Source: Dicyema japonicum (taxonomy: Eukaryota; Animalia; Dicyemida). From it: a stretch of 64,000 nucleotides of DNA. Where the stretch lies: NCBI GenBank assembly GCA_011109175.1, contig RDEW01000003.1, positions 1-64,000 on the forward strand, written 5' to 3'. The notes beneath the pieces are model-generated. The model had not been told where the DNA came from. It was given only the letters and a program-made list of their open reading frames with translations, and searched no databases. Position 1 is the stretch's first letter; the number at the start of each line of letters is the position of its first letter. Made by a program: the position numbers and the translations under genes. Below are positions 13,396-26,908 of the stretch, piece after piece.

Positions 13396-13503
13396 GCCAT
13401 CCAAATTGGACCCTTCCGACATTATCGACGTTGCGTTGCTTCTCAAGACTGCAACAGAGATCAACTGGAGAAGTCTCCGGGTCTCACGTGTCGTGGTTTT
13501 TTA
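13396..13503. repeat. Unclassified ~110-bp dispersed repeat; also at about 26,380-26,488, 39,377-39,485, 50,875-50,985 and a diverged partial copy at 53,716-53,760
   Basis: Shared core CATCCAAA(G/T)TGGACC..CCGACATTATCGACGTTGCGTTGC.TCTCA.GA.TGCAACAGAGATCAA.TGGAG...GGTCTCAC...GTCGTGG followed by a T run. Confidence 0.85.
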
Positions 13504-13922
13504 CATTAACTATATCGGTTGCCCTTCATCCTTTTTACTATCAACGGTCCGATGACGCGTGAAAGGAATCCCAAAATTTCCTATTCGACGGACTGGAAAT
13601 ATCAAGGTTATCGTTTTTCCATAATTATTTCCTTCGTGGTCGTGAAAATACAAGTGAAACCACCTTCTTATAGTTTTAAGACTGAACTACAGTTCAAGTC
13701 ATCCTTTCCAACACATTTTTGAGTCTCCTGTAGATTTAACGAAACAAGAAGTGAAATTTATTTATTAACCCCAAGCTTACAATCTTTGGTAAGCTCAGCA
13801 CAAACAGTCAATTATTAATCCAAGGAAGGAACCCAGCGGAGAACTTCTTGTCCATTTTCCAATAGTCCATTACATGCTTCCGCTTTTGATGGGAGGTGGA
13901 GAAGTAGGTTCACCCTTTACCA

Positions 13923-15521
13923 GAAAGCTGCTGGAAAAAAGCCTGAAAGTCCCCAACCATTGCCTGAGGTCCTTAATCCAGACGAAAAGAAAGTTTTCAT
14001 CAAAATAATTCAAGAACTTGAAAACCGGATAAACAAGTAACTTTAAAAATTTCAAAGATAAATATCAAGGTCTCTGTGACTACCTGAGCGTTACTAACAC
14101 AAAGTATGAATACGAGCTGAATCAGCAAATATCCGAGAAAAAGGACATAACAAACTACCTCAAGAAAAACCTTCAATCGAAAGGTTTCAATGAAATGTGT
14201 AAATTGTCAGGATTCGAAATATGTCAGCTAAATAACAAATTGACAGACTTGAATGAAGAAAAGGACAAAGAGCGGCAATCTTTTGAAAGCCAGCTGAGGT
14301 TACTAAAACAAGAATTTCAGGAAACCAAGGACGCCTTGAGTGTAGAAAATATTACATTAGGTTTTGTCTTTTGGTTAAACTCAAAGCCGGAAAGATTGCC
14401 TCTTTAGAGGAATTCAAGGTACAAAAGGAGGACATTTTGTCAAAAATAAGCAGATTAGAAAATGAAATAAAGGAAAATGAGGTCAAAAGAAAGGAAGAGC
14501 TATATCAGCTAGAAAAACAAAACATCCTCGATCGTCACACGTAAATTCTAATAACACTAAAGACTCCAAAAAGTGACTCTGCACAAACTAATCGACATCT
14601 CGACAAAATTCCGCGAGGAAACTAATCGACAGATGGCAGAAACAACGATACGGTCAATTCAAGAGAATACGGCCTTATCTAATGACTACAAGAAACTCAA
14701 AAACAAATGTGCGGGAATTCTCGAGGAAAATAAAAAATTAAAAGAAAGGGCAGCGATTCAAAAAGTAAACGAAGAAATATCTCAGGCTGTGAAAAAAAAC
14801 CTATCAACCAAGAACATTAGCCTAATAGGGGTATGATTAGGCTAACAATCCGAAAGATCATCAAAATACTGATGGAGACAAACAAATGTCTTAAATCCAA
14901 GCTTAAAAGCCAACAGTTCAAACAACCGATGGATGAAACTCCAAACATACAAGAAAGTGAGGATAATGAGCTGAATAATTCAAAACTAAATAATGACACA
15001 AACGACTCCCAGTTACTTGAATTGACTATCTCGGAGTCACAAAATAATGAGTTGTTGCAACGAAATTATTCAGTTTTTCAGAGAATTTTGAAATTCTTGA
15101 TCAAAATCTATTATTTTTTAAATTCAGTATTCGGCATGCTTTATTTAGGAATTTGACAATTTAGAAAATCGCAAAATTGAGGAAGAAGAGTTAAGTTACG
15201 AATTAATTTCAATGACTTCTCTAATAACCTCTTTAGGAGTCCACGATTCTGAGCAGGAAGAAATATATAAGAAATTACAGTCCGTCCCACATCAAGAGGA
15301 ATTTGAAGAAGAACAAGAGTAGCTTTCGTTTAATGAGGGAGATTCAAATTTTCAGCTCCAGAAGAAAAGTATTTCCACTACCGAATTGGAGATGCTGGAA
15401 TAGTTCCAATGGAAAGCGATGTTTTTTTAGCAAATATAAGAAGAAAAGATCTAGGCTGATAGGGGACAACAAAACATACATGAAATATCTTATTAAAAAA
15501 ATATCCGATAAAGTTCAGTGA
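13923..15521 (+). pseudogene. CFAP157: 5'-truncated CFAP157 copy (start codon replaced by the array junction; splice acceptor AG>AA at 14,061)
   Basis: Peptides [30 protein letters not shown] and LEKQNILDRH...KFREETNRQMAETTIRSIQEN match CFAP157 ([25 protein letters not shown]). No in-frame ATG upstream of KAAGKK before a stop. Confidence 0.8.
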
Positions 15522-16592
15522 TGTACTAATTTTAGATTGAGACATCCGTTAATGAAGAAATATCTTCTAATATTGTTGAAGACTAATTTTTAATGACTTT
15601 TAATAAAATAATATTTATTTCGTCCAGTAACATATGTTCGAAAGTTCACAGGGACACTTTGATGTACTCAGTAAAGATCGATCGGATAATCTCTGAAATT
15701 GAGTCCTTTGCTAATTTAATCAATTGAAATGTCTCCGAAATCACTCGAATTACAACGTAAGATGTTCCCTTAGACCAGTGGTTCCTAACCTGGGTTCCGC
15801 AATTTAATAAAAATAAAAATTTTAATTAAAAAATTAGCACGTTATATATTTAGGCTCAGTTCAAAATACGGAATAAATATACCGGAAACTGCAGATTGCG
15901 TAATATGCAAGCCATTAATGTCAGACACCCCTATTGCTCCTGTGAGATATTTACCAATGAAGCGTTCTCATATTAAAAACAAGGATTTGGCTAACATCTG
16001 TTTATCAAAAGGAAATCGTTTGCTTTTTTGTTTTAAGGAAAATCTTCATCAATCAAGGACTATATTGTATTCAGTTGTACTTGAAAACATGAAAGGTCAT
16101 CCAAAAGCATACATGAAAACATTGTCGTTAATCTTCTCTTTTATAGGCTTTCATAAGGAAGACTTACTGTTAGTTCCTGTTTTCAAGATAATGCTAATCA
16201 TTTTTCAATTATTTTTACGTAATTTTTAATTTAGATGAAATTTACTGTATTTTATAAGTTATGACGAAATCAATATATTTTTTATATAATTAATTGGTCC
16301 AAGAAAAGTCTGCACTCTTTTTTTTATGTCACCTTGATGACCACCGGCAGATCACGTTCTCTCGTGTCCTAGCCCGCTATATATGTCTTCCCCACACGTA
16401 ATTAACCCTTTGGATCTCTGGGAATGTCAGTTATTGACAGTTGCCAGGCAAAAGGCCTGATGGTCTCAGGTTAGTTTTTAATTATAAATTATATAAAAAG
16501 ATTTAAATTATTTGATCCTACAGGAACAACTTATTGGTTGTTTTACAGAAAATATAAGAAAGAATATTTTAAGTCAAATAAAATTAATCAAA

Positions 16593-17078
16593 TTAAAATT
16601 GGTCTTCAACGTGGAAGTATTCTCCTTTCCAGTTTTTTCTGAACAATTGACCTTTCCCGTTTACTCTGTAAACGTATGTCCCGTCAAGATTTACATATAC
16701 GACATGTTCTCTAACATGATTATTTCTTCTTTTTTTAATAAAATAAGCTAAGAATTTTTCATATAACAATCTCATTAGCTCAACAAAAACATCAAGGAAA
16801 ACTTCAGATAGTGTCATCATAAACATTCTAAAAACATCTGGAAACAGTTGATAACACATTAACATTATTTCTACGCAAACACTTGGATTTATTGTCGTAT
16901 GATACACCATGAATGCTATAAATATGTTAACGTCGATCTCCTCGGGATAGTTATTTAAAAAGTATAGAAAAACTTCTATATCCAACATGTTTGGGTATTC
17001 TAAATTATAGACGTTAACCAACCGGTCATTTTTAACAATTTGTTTCGTTCGTAATTCTTCTCTTTTATAGGCGTTCAT
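16593..17078 (-). CDS. Intronless 161-aa ORF of unknown function (disrupted in copy A at about 1,835-2,310)
   Basis: ORF track. Identical ORF at 29,580-30,065. No motif recognised. Confidence 0.4.
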   Translation of the reverse strand: MNAYKREELRTKQIVKNDRLVNVYNLEYPNMLDIEVFLYFLNNYPEEIDVNIFIAFMVYHTTINPSVCVEIMLMCYQLFPDVFRMFMMTLSEVFLDVFVELMRLLYEKFLAYFIKKRRNNHVREHVVYVNLDGTYVYRVNGKGQLFRKNWKGEYFHVEDQF

Positions 17079-17994
17079 AAGGAAGACTTAACTGCTACTT
17101 CCTGTTTGTCGGTATATTTAAAATTCAATTTCAATTTATAGTTTCTAATTTACTGAGCCACTATGGTAGTTGCCTCAACTTATCAATGAACTCACCCTAC
17201 ATCAACTACTACGAACCGATCTAAAACAAACCTAAAGAAGATCGCCTTCCATGCAACAGTTACACAAATCCTCCAACGTTTCTCGACTATCCTGTTACGA
17301 CCGACACTATCCGAAACTCTTATGAAGAGAACGGAGGATCAAATAATAACCCCAAATACCGGTGTGTTCTCCAAGTTTATAGAAAGTCTGTTGGGTCGCG
17401 GGAGGAATATTAAGAAAAGTTGAGAAGGCTGCTAAGCGAAGCAGGAATCACCTAGTGGACTGTATAATAAAGACCCTTGGAAAATCTGGTATTGTGGTGA
17501 GATCAAAAAGCTTTTATATTTATCTTCAACTCAATGAGTTTAATTATAAGCTGAACACACTAATTAACTGGCTGCGATTTCATGTCTTTTTTATGGCATC
17601 AGCTGGTCCAACTATTTAGAGGAAACCACATGTTGTGTTGCAGATGAGGAATCAGGGTTAACAAATTCCACTCCATTGAGTTTTATTGGTAACCTCTTAG
17701 GTAGTGTACCAGTGATGTCTAACATTACTACGGAGACCAAATCAAAGAATTTCGTCAACATACCTCCGAATTCTTTGCTAGTTTACGGGACTGACTATTT
17801 CGCAATTAGGTGACGCCATATGGGCTTTAGTTCGAAAGATCTGTAAAACTTTCAAACACTGGAGTAGATTTTGGAGAGATTCGAAGAAGATTTTTGTACT
17901 GTAAGCCCAATTATTATTTATTATAAGCAACATGCGTAAAATCATAATAGTTATAATTTCACTCGTGCAGCATTCAAAATAATCCTCCACTTCC

Positions 17995-19177
17995 AACCTC
18001 CTCGATCGTAAGAAAATTTCCTTAGCTCGTCCAGGTCGTCTCCAATTTTTAGACTGTTGTTCACGAGCTTTAGATCTCCGTCAAGTGTTTCGTAGTACGC
18101 CGGCGTCCACGAAAACACGGTCCCTGTCTCATGAAGAAATCCTCCATTGATATTCTGGATCACCCAAGTCCATACTTATGATATGTCCAAATAGCTTCCA
18201 ACGCATATCAACAATTTCGAGACTCAGTGGACCCGTACAACATCTCTTATATAATGATTCCTTGTTTATTCTTGCTGCCCATTTCAGTCATAGTAAGGAT
18301 CTAAGTTGTCTACGATAGAAAGAATCTATTCCAAGTTGTTCGGTTTTTGACGTCCCTCAGGTCGATGAATTGTATATTAGGATCGGTTTGACGAAAACTT
18401 CATACAATCTCAAACGAAGTGAAGTGCAGAATCGTCGTTTTCCAATCAACTCTTTCTTCAACTTGTTCATCTTTACCCAAGCGAGGGCCTTCCTTTTGGC
18501 AATATTTTGACTGTCTCCAGATATAGAGCCAAGTTTTTTTCGTTCTTCGCCATGTTTCACTTGATCTGCTTTCCATTCTCATGATTACCACAATGTCGGA
18601 TTTTGCGGTGTTCATTCCAAGGAATCACCAATTTGTTTTTTGACACAAAGAAGACGTCGTCCGCGTAAGCAATTTCGACGATGTTGTAATGAGTACCAAC
18701 ATTGCACGTAAATTCACAGAAAAACGTCTTACCGACCCGCACTCTGAGCTTCGTGCTAGCTAGCAACACTCTGATCATAATGACAGAACCAGGGTCCAAG
18801 AATTGTTCCAGTATCCTGATAAGTAGACCACAGCGGACCGTGTCAAAGGCCCTAGAGAAGTCTATTCCCAGGACTGTTGTTGCACTTTCAAATCTCTGGT
18901 TGATAGCGCAGCGCCACTTGTTGCTCATACTACATCAGCAGTGGATCTTCCTGTCCTGAATCCACTGTGACTAGGGGATAGATAGTTGTCAACTTGTTCT
19001 CTGATTCGGTTTAACGTAACTAATGCCAGAAGTTTCTGTAAGGTGTTTAGCAGGATTATTGGACGTAGGTTTTCAACAGGACCAGCATGCTTGTTAGAGT
19101 TTCCATTTTCTTTGATCCCAAATAGCTGAAATTTCGGATAGACAAATTGCCAAGATCAGTAATCAAATGTGGGAATA
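17995..19177 (-). mobile_element. RTE fragment, copy B
   Basis: Same RT motifs as 3,230-4,410; the 3' half is more diverged. Confidence 0.88.
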
Positions 19178-19181
19178 CCAC

Positions 19182-19467
19182 GTTTAAACATTTTTTAATT
19201 AGTCGCAGAGGACAAGGTCTCCATTATGGCCTGCATGCATTAAACACGCAAAGCGAGTCACTCCTCGTGATTGCCAAGCCGTCCAATTAACCTGATTAAC
19301 TCAGACGTGCTCAGACCAAGAACGCCAGACGCCTCAACGGAGATCGGCTGGAATACGAACAGATCAGTAATTCCGCAGTACTTTCCCCTTTTCGAATCTT
19401 TAGTATTACTCGCTGCAGAAGCCGTGCGCAACGACGACTTGATCAGATTTACGGCTGAGAAAGTGTT
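19182..19467 (-). mobile_element. CRE 3' fragment, copy B (cut by the shared deletion)
   Basis: Matches 4,415-4,699. Confidence 0.8.
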
Positions 19468-20488
19468 AGTTTCTTCAATTTATACCTCCTTTGTTGCTTC
19501 TATTGCACCAAAACACCATATTTTCATGCTTGAGTCGCCGCATAGGATCAGGTTTTTGCAGAACTTAGTCATCTTTTTTCATTTCTCGAAAAATTTTCTG
19601 CAGAACTTCCAACTGCGACTCATCCATATTGTTTGAACGTCTATTACCACAAATTCACATTAGGGAGATCCAATGACTTAGATTTCACGTCTCTAGATCA
19701 TATCTGTAGAACAAAGGTGTTTCCGTCCCAGCAACCGGCCTTCCGCTTATCTTATCTTCAAAGCTTAGGGGAGGGGGTTTCAAAGTTTGATCTTTTTCTC
19801 GTTTATAATGAAGATATCGACTACTTTGACCGCCATCAGAAAAGGTTGTTCTCTGTTTTTATTCTTAGCACAAGATTTTCAGACCATGGATTATTTTTAC
19901 ATAGTTCTCTGGGCCCTCCAGAACCAGAGCCATTATTTTTTAGTAAATTCACCTCCGACTGAAAACCATTGTCTTCCTTCTTACCGTGAACCTGGAAGAG
20001 ATGATTGAAACTCAAATTTCTGAAAAAAGGAATTTTCGGGTGAACGTAAGATCCGGATTCTATTCCGTCCAACCAAAAATTAGAAGAACTTGAAGGATCA
20101 AAAAAATCAAAATCAGATTTTAATTTAGCCAATTTGATGGCTTCAAATTTTTTAAACAAATAAGAAGAATAACTTAAAATATGACTAATATCCAAATCCA
20201 TGAATTCAAATCGTTAATATTAGAATATTTCCTTAGAAATTACTCTTGCTCTTTGTCCGTTGAAAAAGTTTCCAAACCAAATTTTCAATTTTTTGGAACG
20301 TTAGAGCCAAAATATTCCTAGTGAGTAATTTCCTCTGAATCGAGTCAAAAGTTTTCCGTGGTTTCAAAAAACGTAGAACCACATGTTAGAACAATTTATG
20401 AATGATTGAAATTTATTAATGAATTTACTCTTTATTAAAATAAAATAAATATTTAAAAATAAATCTTTTTGTGTTCATTGATTCGTTT

Positions 20489-23400
20489 ATGAGTACGGAA
20501 ATACTGGAAGAGGATAATGACAATAACAATCGAGACATACAAATACCCGGTGATTTAACAGACTTTCAAGCTTCTGTCCACTTATTTCAGTTAATTTACG
20601 ACCGCAGGGGTGCGAGAAAACGAAGATTATCTGAAGCATTCTTAATTTTGCCTTCAAAAGAGGTTCTTTATTCTAATAAATAATAGGAAAATCCTGAATA
20701 TTACCAAATTATCACAAATCCAATGGATATGAAGTCGGTCGCCTGCAGTATTAAGAAACGTGATAAATCCTTCCCAGAAGTTGTGAGTGGTCTAAAGCTT
20801 ATATTTGACAACGCCATGTATTACAACGAGGCTGACTCTCAAATTCATAAAGTACTATATTTATAAATGAAGGATGCCAATACACTAAAAAACACAATTT
20901 CCTCTTTTATTGAGGACCCACATGCTTATAATCTGAACAGAGATCCCTCTTCGTTTTACAAATTGGTAGCTGATCTTCAAAGCAGTGACGAAGACGGAAA
21001 AACAGATGACGAAGAATGCAATAGTTCTGATTCCCAAGGTCCCTTAGATTCCGTCCCCTCACAGAGTTTGCTTCAGCAAATTATTTTTCATTCAAAGTCG
21101 GATCGATGAGTTGTATAAACTTTAAACATTGTAGTCCCAGCTACGTGTTAGACGAGGGAAAAGTCACTAAGGAAATGGATGAATTTAGTAAACAAAAATT
21201 TCGAAATTTGGGAGAAATGCGTGCAAAATTTTCATTATTTTTGGAAAATAACCCAAGTCTTGACTTTAATTTCTCCCTTTCTTCTGAAGCTCAGAGATTA
21301 TTTGCCGAGTACGATCGCCTCTATACAAAATTGAATGACGCATTTCATCACTTTTATTAGTACAGGGAATTTTAGTTTTAGGACATTGAAGAGTCTACTA
21401 TTTTGCATATTCAGAAAATCCCCGAAAAATCGAAGAATTCTGATTATTATAAAAGTTGTAGACAAGCCAATTGACCTGAAAATGATTTTTTCTAAGATTA
21501 ACCGGGTAGAGGTACTGTTTGGCTATATTTGCAGTATAACCACGTGAGTGAGATGATCAACGATTTCAAATTACTGATAAGAAATGTCAGAGTCTATAAC
21601 GGGCCAAAGTCTCAAATCGTTCAGGACCTTACTGTTCTTTCTAATAGACTGGAGAAGTTCAAATCTTCCAAAAGTTCAAAAATGAGGTTATTTAAACAAA
21701 ACATCCAGAATTGATAATCATAGCTCCGTGCAGTCTGCCCTCTCTATGCTTTATAAAAATCTCACATCTTTGACTGATGACGATAACCGACGATTGTCTA
21801 CTCCCTTCAAGACCCTTCCTTCAAAAATTGTAATATTGATTGATAATTTGTAGAAATTTAGGGAATACTACGAAATAATATCCCAACCTATCGATTTAAA
21901 AACAATTAAAGATAACATTTCTAAGAATTATTATGCAAAAATTGAGGATGGGTTCAGCGATTTTAAGAAAATGTTGGACAATGCGCTCTTTTTTAATGAT
22001 CCACGCTCTCAAATATACAGGGTTAGGACTGACTACTTAATCTAGGATACTTTACAATTATATCATTTACTAGTGGAAAATATTTCACATTATTATAGGC
22101 AAACAAGGTTATTGCCTGATCATCAAGTCGAAACTTTTCTAGTCTTTGTGGCAATTTTCGTAAATACTTATAACCTAAAGGTGAAATTATCAGATAAATA
22201 TTAGGATGAGGAATCTGTGTGTTCAGATAGTCTGTCATCAAAGGAAGTTGAGTTTTACACTGATTTGTACGATGACGAATTCGACGCCTTCTCCAAGTCT
22301 CAGATATTAGAGCACAAGTAAGTAATATTCTCTACTTAGAAATTACTTAAGTTGGGATAAAATTGCCAAACGTTTATTTGAGGTATTAAGATGTATTATT
22401 TTAGGGATTTTACCGAAGATTGGATGCATTTCAGAATGATATACTCACAACCATAGAATACGGCATTCAATTCTCACAGTCAGAATCGATGGTTGCTTGT
22501 TTTGTAAAGTTAGATGTATAACTATTCAATCAAACTAAGAAAATTCTACTATGATTGTAGAGACAAAATGACTGAGAAAGGGAAGGTGCTATGGTCTCCA
22601 GCATTGAAGAATACCGCCTCGAATGATTCGCTTTTTCTTCCAAAGGCAGATTCTGGAATAGAATTAGTATTATTGCTTATATACTCCAGGACACATTCCT
22701 GTCTATAAGCCTTAATGGGGACTCATATTCTGTAGGGGATTACGTATATATCAGATTAAAGTTAGTCTTGTAGTTATCCCAGTACAGGGCATAAACGAAT
22801 TATGCTGATTTTAAATTTATTTAATTATTCTAACACGACTTTTGCCAGAGGACCCACATTTTATTACCCACATGAAGTTTTGAAGATGTGTGAGGAAATT
22901 GGGAGTTTAAAAGCTATGAATCAGGTTTTTGCTTTGTTTTACTCCAAGGAAGTTTTCAAAGCAGTTGAGAATTCTGAAATATCTGTTCAGTTTTTTGAGG
23001 GAAAGTGTTTTATTTTATGCATAAATGATTACTATAATTTGTACCCACAAGTTTCAACCGTGTATTTACTGTAGAATTTTGATAGTGGGGATGTGTTTGT
23101 GTGTGAGTTCTCATTCTGTTTAAAGAATAAAAAATTTATAAAAATTGATGTTTTCAGTTTGTTTTATATTTAGAATTGGGATACTATTTCTAGTTCTGTG
23201 AAACTCATTCAGAGGAATACTAGTGTGGACAATTTTCGTCATGATTTCAATTCCGAGTCTTTTTCTTACATGTCTAATGTATTACTAACCTTGTATGTTT
23301 AGTTTAATATATATTCGAAATTAATTGAAAGAAAGCAGCACTACATTCAAATCAACGGTCCATCTTTGATGGGACTTTTAAGAATTGGTAGGTTTTATGT

Positions 23401-24682
23401 TCATTTCAGGCTTTTCTTACTTGATCAGAGTGGGGGATGTGGATAAATGTATTTTGTGCGAGCAAATTTGGATGTTTAAAACAGTTTGTAATATTTAGTG
23501 AAGAAAATGGTGAAACCTATATTGAAGGAGTAATATATGATTTTATGCAAAATTATGTGTCTTCTAGTTTGTCTCCTAGTGGATTTTTTCAAGTAATACT
23601 AACGCCTTTTCGACATCGGTGTTCACTCAACCATGTTAAGTGCCGAGTTGATATTGTTGGGTTTAACAAATTCTGTTCATGTATGTGTTTTGACTTTATA
23701 TTAGCTCGATCAACCGAGATCCCTAATTACAGAGTTTTATTGTGTCGTGACGCTGTTCACAATGATTTGATTGTCCCTCTTCCTAATGATTACAATTTGC
23801 CCAAAATTTTGGATTTGAATCTAATGCTTTTTCAAACAAGATGAGATTTTTCACTTCTCGGGACCTTTCCCTTTTCTGTACGATTAATATTCATTTTCTC
23901 AGCAATTCGTTTCATGCGGTGAAATGAATAGCGTTTATGCTGCAGATGCAGTGATGCCGATGACTATATTGACAAATTCTTTTAGTCATCAACTTTATGG
24001 GCATAATTTGGATGCTATTATGAGTAATTGTGGATTATATTGTTAGATACCCCCACATCTTTTATGCCAAAGAAACGAAGAGGAAGGAAAGTTCATAATT
24101 TAATGTTAAGTGGTAGAGTAAATCTTTTCTGAGGGATCTTCAAGCTGAACAAGGTAGACCACCGCTCAAACTAGAAATGCATCGGTGTGTGACAGATATT
24201 CAGGAGTTACATAGTTGCTTACTATTTTATTTGAAGATCAACCACCTCCCTCGCAAATTAAAAAAATATCTGATTCAGGTTCCACTGGTTTTTCTATCCA
24301 ACGACAAACTCATTCTGATTTCCAATCACGGATACCTAATCTTTCTGTTTGTGCGAACACTTTGATGTCGAATTATCCATGTAAAATGAACGTCCCTGAC
24401 GAATCCCCTAAGTCTCAAGTGCGACCTGAATTGTTGGATGTTTATGGAAAATTCATAGAAATAATGAAAAATAAGAGAAAATTATTAAGCGATTGGGATT
24501 CTTATTTGAATTTTGGTATTAGAGACCTTAAGCGTCCAATTGATGCTCGTGTTGCTGAAATTTTGTTACAACAAGATTTGGGGGGATTGAGTCAAGAACA
24601 AATTGCTGTTAAATTGGTGCAATATAGGGACCAGTTAATTGCTGATTTAATTAGTATCTCTTCTTGTATTAATAAAATGTAA
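20489..24682 (+). CDS. PBRM1: Polybromo-1, copy B (apparent indels near 21,090 and 21,355-21,375)
   Basis: Near-identical to copy A; the C-terminal ORF 24215-24682 is uninterrupted. Confidence 0.88.
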
Positions 24683-24781
24683 TCTTTATTTTCAAAATAT
24701 GAATTAGTAAGCAGTTCTCGTGATTGAGCGAATTATCACTTGCAATTTGTAAGGAAATGGTTTCGATTAACTATATAATTA

Positions 24782-26368
24782 CAGTCGAAAAAACATTTCT
24801 TCTTTCATTAATACCGGATCAGTCATTTCAAGATTAATTCAAATAGATGAAGTTAAACAAGTTTCTAATGAAGTCAATCAATTTGAAAAACTTGACGAAT
24901 TAACTTTTAATGCTTTTCGTCGTTTGAGGGATGATTCCTTTTCTATTTCTGGTACTTTAATCAAAGCCATCGCGAAAAAAATATCGACAAAATTGAATTA
25001 TTCAACATCTTTTAAAGCCTCAAACGGTTGGTTAGACAGATTTAAGAAGAGACATGATCTGGTTTTTAAAGCCATTTGTGGTGAAAAAAATTCAGCAGAT
25101 AAAAGTAATTTGGCAAATTTTTTCTTTCAATTCGATAATTTGTTGAAAACTTATGGTCATGAAAATATTTTTAACTGTGATGAAACATCTTTGTATGTTA
25201 AAAAATTTCCTTCAAGATCTTATGTCGAATCTATAGAAACATGTCATGGTACAAAATTCAGTAAAAAAAGAGTAACAGTTCTCCTTTGCTGTAATGCATC
25301 AGGAAATAAATTAAGACCCCTTGTTATTGGAAAATACAAATCACCTCGTTGTATGAAAAGTTTGCTTAATTATATTTTAACATAGATTTTGATTGTGAAA
25401 AATTCGGTATTTTATATGCAGCGTCAAAAAATTCCTGGATGAATAGAGAAATTTTCAAAATGTGGCTTTCAAAGATTAACGACGACTTTCTCTCACAAGA
25501 TAGAAAAATACTTTTAATAATGGATATTACTACATGACATTATTTATTGGAATACTCAAATGTTAAATTGTTTTTTCTTCCGAAAAAGACAACATCTTTG
25601 ATTCAACCTTTAGACATGGGTATAATAAAGTGTTTTAAAGTACATTACATAAACTTCCTAATGGATTTTATGCTCAATTTGGAAGAAGATACAACAATTA
25701 ATCTTAAATTTTTAAAAAAAATATAGATATGCGACAGATTATGGTACTTGCTAAAAAGGCGTGGATGGAAGTTAAAGAAACAACAGTAATTAATTGTTGG
25801 AAGAAAATTGAGGAAAATAAAGAAGAATCAGTTGAAGATAAAAATTGTGGGGAAGAACTCCTGGAAGAAATAGTAACTGAAGTAATATCTGAAGAAAACG
25901 AAGATCTAGTCAAGAGTTGCGAGTTTTATAATGGAGTTAACACAGGGGACAAAACAACGATGTCAGAAACTTATGAAATGATGGATAAGTTAGAAAATGT
26001 AGCTCAAAATACATCTTTTGAGACATTACAAAAATATTATAAGTTTAGATTTCAACTTGGAAAAGATTTAAGAAATAAGAAAAATTTGAAATTGACTGAT
26101 TATTTCAAAAAATGTTTTAAAAATAATGATTTGTTAATTAATAAAAATCGAATAAAAAACATAGAATAGAAATCTATCAAATTATAGAGCAAAAAATCAC
26201 AACTTATTTTATAAACACTTTGGAAGAGGTGAAGAAGTTCCTTTTTCGCAAAGTAAACAAAAATTTAAGTTAAATCAACCATAAATCAATAGTTTGAACC
26301 AAACCCCGGTTTTGGAGGGCACCCCCGCTTTTTAAGGCACTTTGATGCCCCACCCCGGGGTTCGACTG
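24782..26368 (+). mobile_element. Tigger/pogo transposon, copy B
   Basis: Same transposase ORFs (24924, 25729) and right TIR GGTTCGACTG|TA. Confidence 0.9.
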
Positions 26369-26908
26369 TAATTAACACAGCCATCCAAAGTGGACCCTTC
26401 CGACATTATCGACGTTGCGTTGCTTCTCACGACTGCAACAGAGATCAATTGGAGAAGTCTCCGGGTCTCAGGCGTGTCGTGGTTTTTTACATTAAATATA
26501 TCGGCTACCCCTCATCCTTTTTACTATCAACGGTCCGATGGCGCGTAGAAGGAATCCCAAATTTTCCGATGCGACGGACTGGAAATATCAAGGTTATCGT
26601 TTTTCCATAATTATTTCCTTCGTGGTCGTGAAAATACAAGTGAAACCACCTTCTTATAGTTTTAAGACTGAACTACAGTTCAAGTCATCCTTTCCAAAAC
26701 ATTTTTGAGTCTCCTGTAGATTTAACGAAACAAGAAGTGAAATTTATTTATTAACCCCAAGCTTACAATTTTTGGTAAGCTCAGCACAAACAGTTAATTA
26801 TTAATCCAAGGAAGGAACCCAGCGGAGAACTTCTTGTCCATTTTCCAATAGTCCATTACATGCTTCCGCTTTTGATGGGAGGTGGAGAAGTAGGTTCACC
26901 CTTTACCA

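Larger units (their letters stand above)
1..13922 (+). repeat. Tandem segmental repeat, copy A (about 15 kb; its start lies upstream of the window)
   Basis: ORFs recur at 860/15918/28905, 7485/20471/33465 and 11941/24924/37922. Position 1 matches about 15,057. Copy A has 1,766 bp (4,700-6,465) that copies B and C lack. Confidence 0.97.
13923..26908 (+). repeat. Tandem segmental repeat, copy B (12,986 bp)
   Basis: Junction ...CCCTTTACCA|GAAAGCTGCTGG at 13,922/13,923 recurs at 26,908/26,909. Contents are near-identical to copies A and C. Confidence 0.97.

Noticed and set aside
13455-13462. ACAGAGA box suggesting U6 snRNA
   Set aside because: No flanking U6 sequence (AGC triad or internal stem-loop).
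13525-13540. CCTTTTTACTA resembling U5 loop I
   Set aside because: It has five Ts and no G before CC, no closing stem, and no Sm site at the expected spacing.
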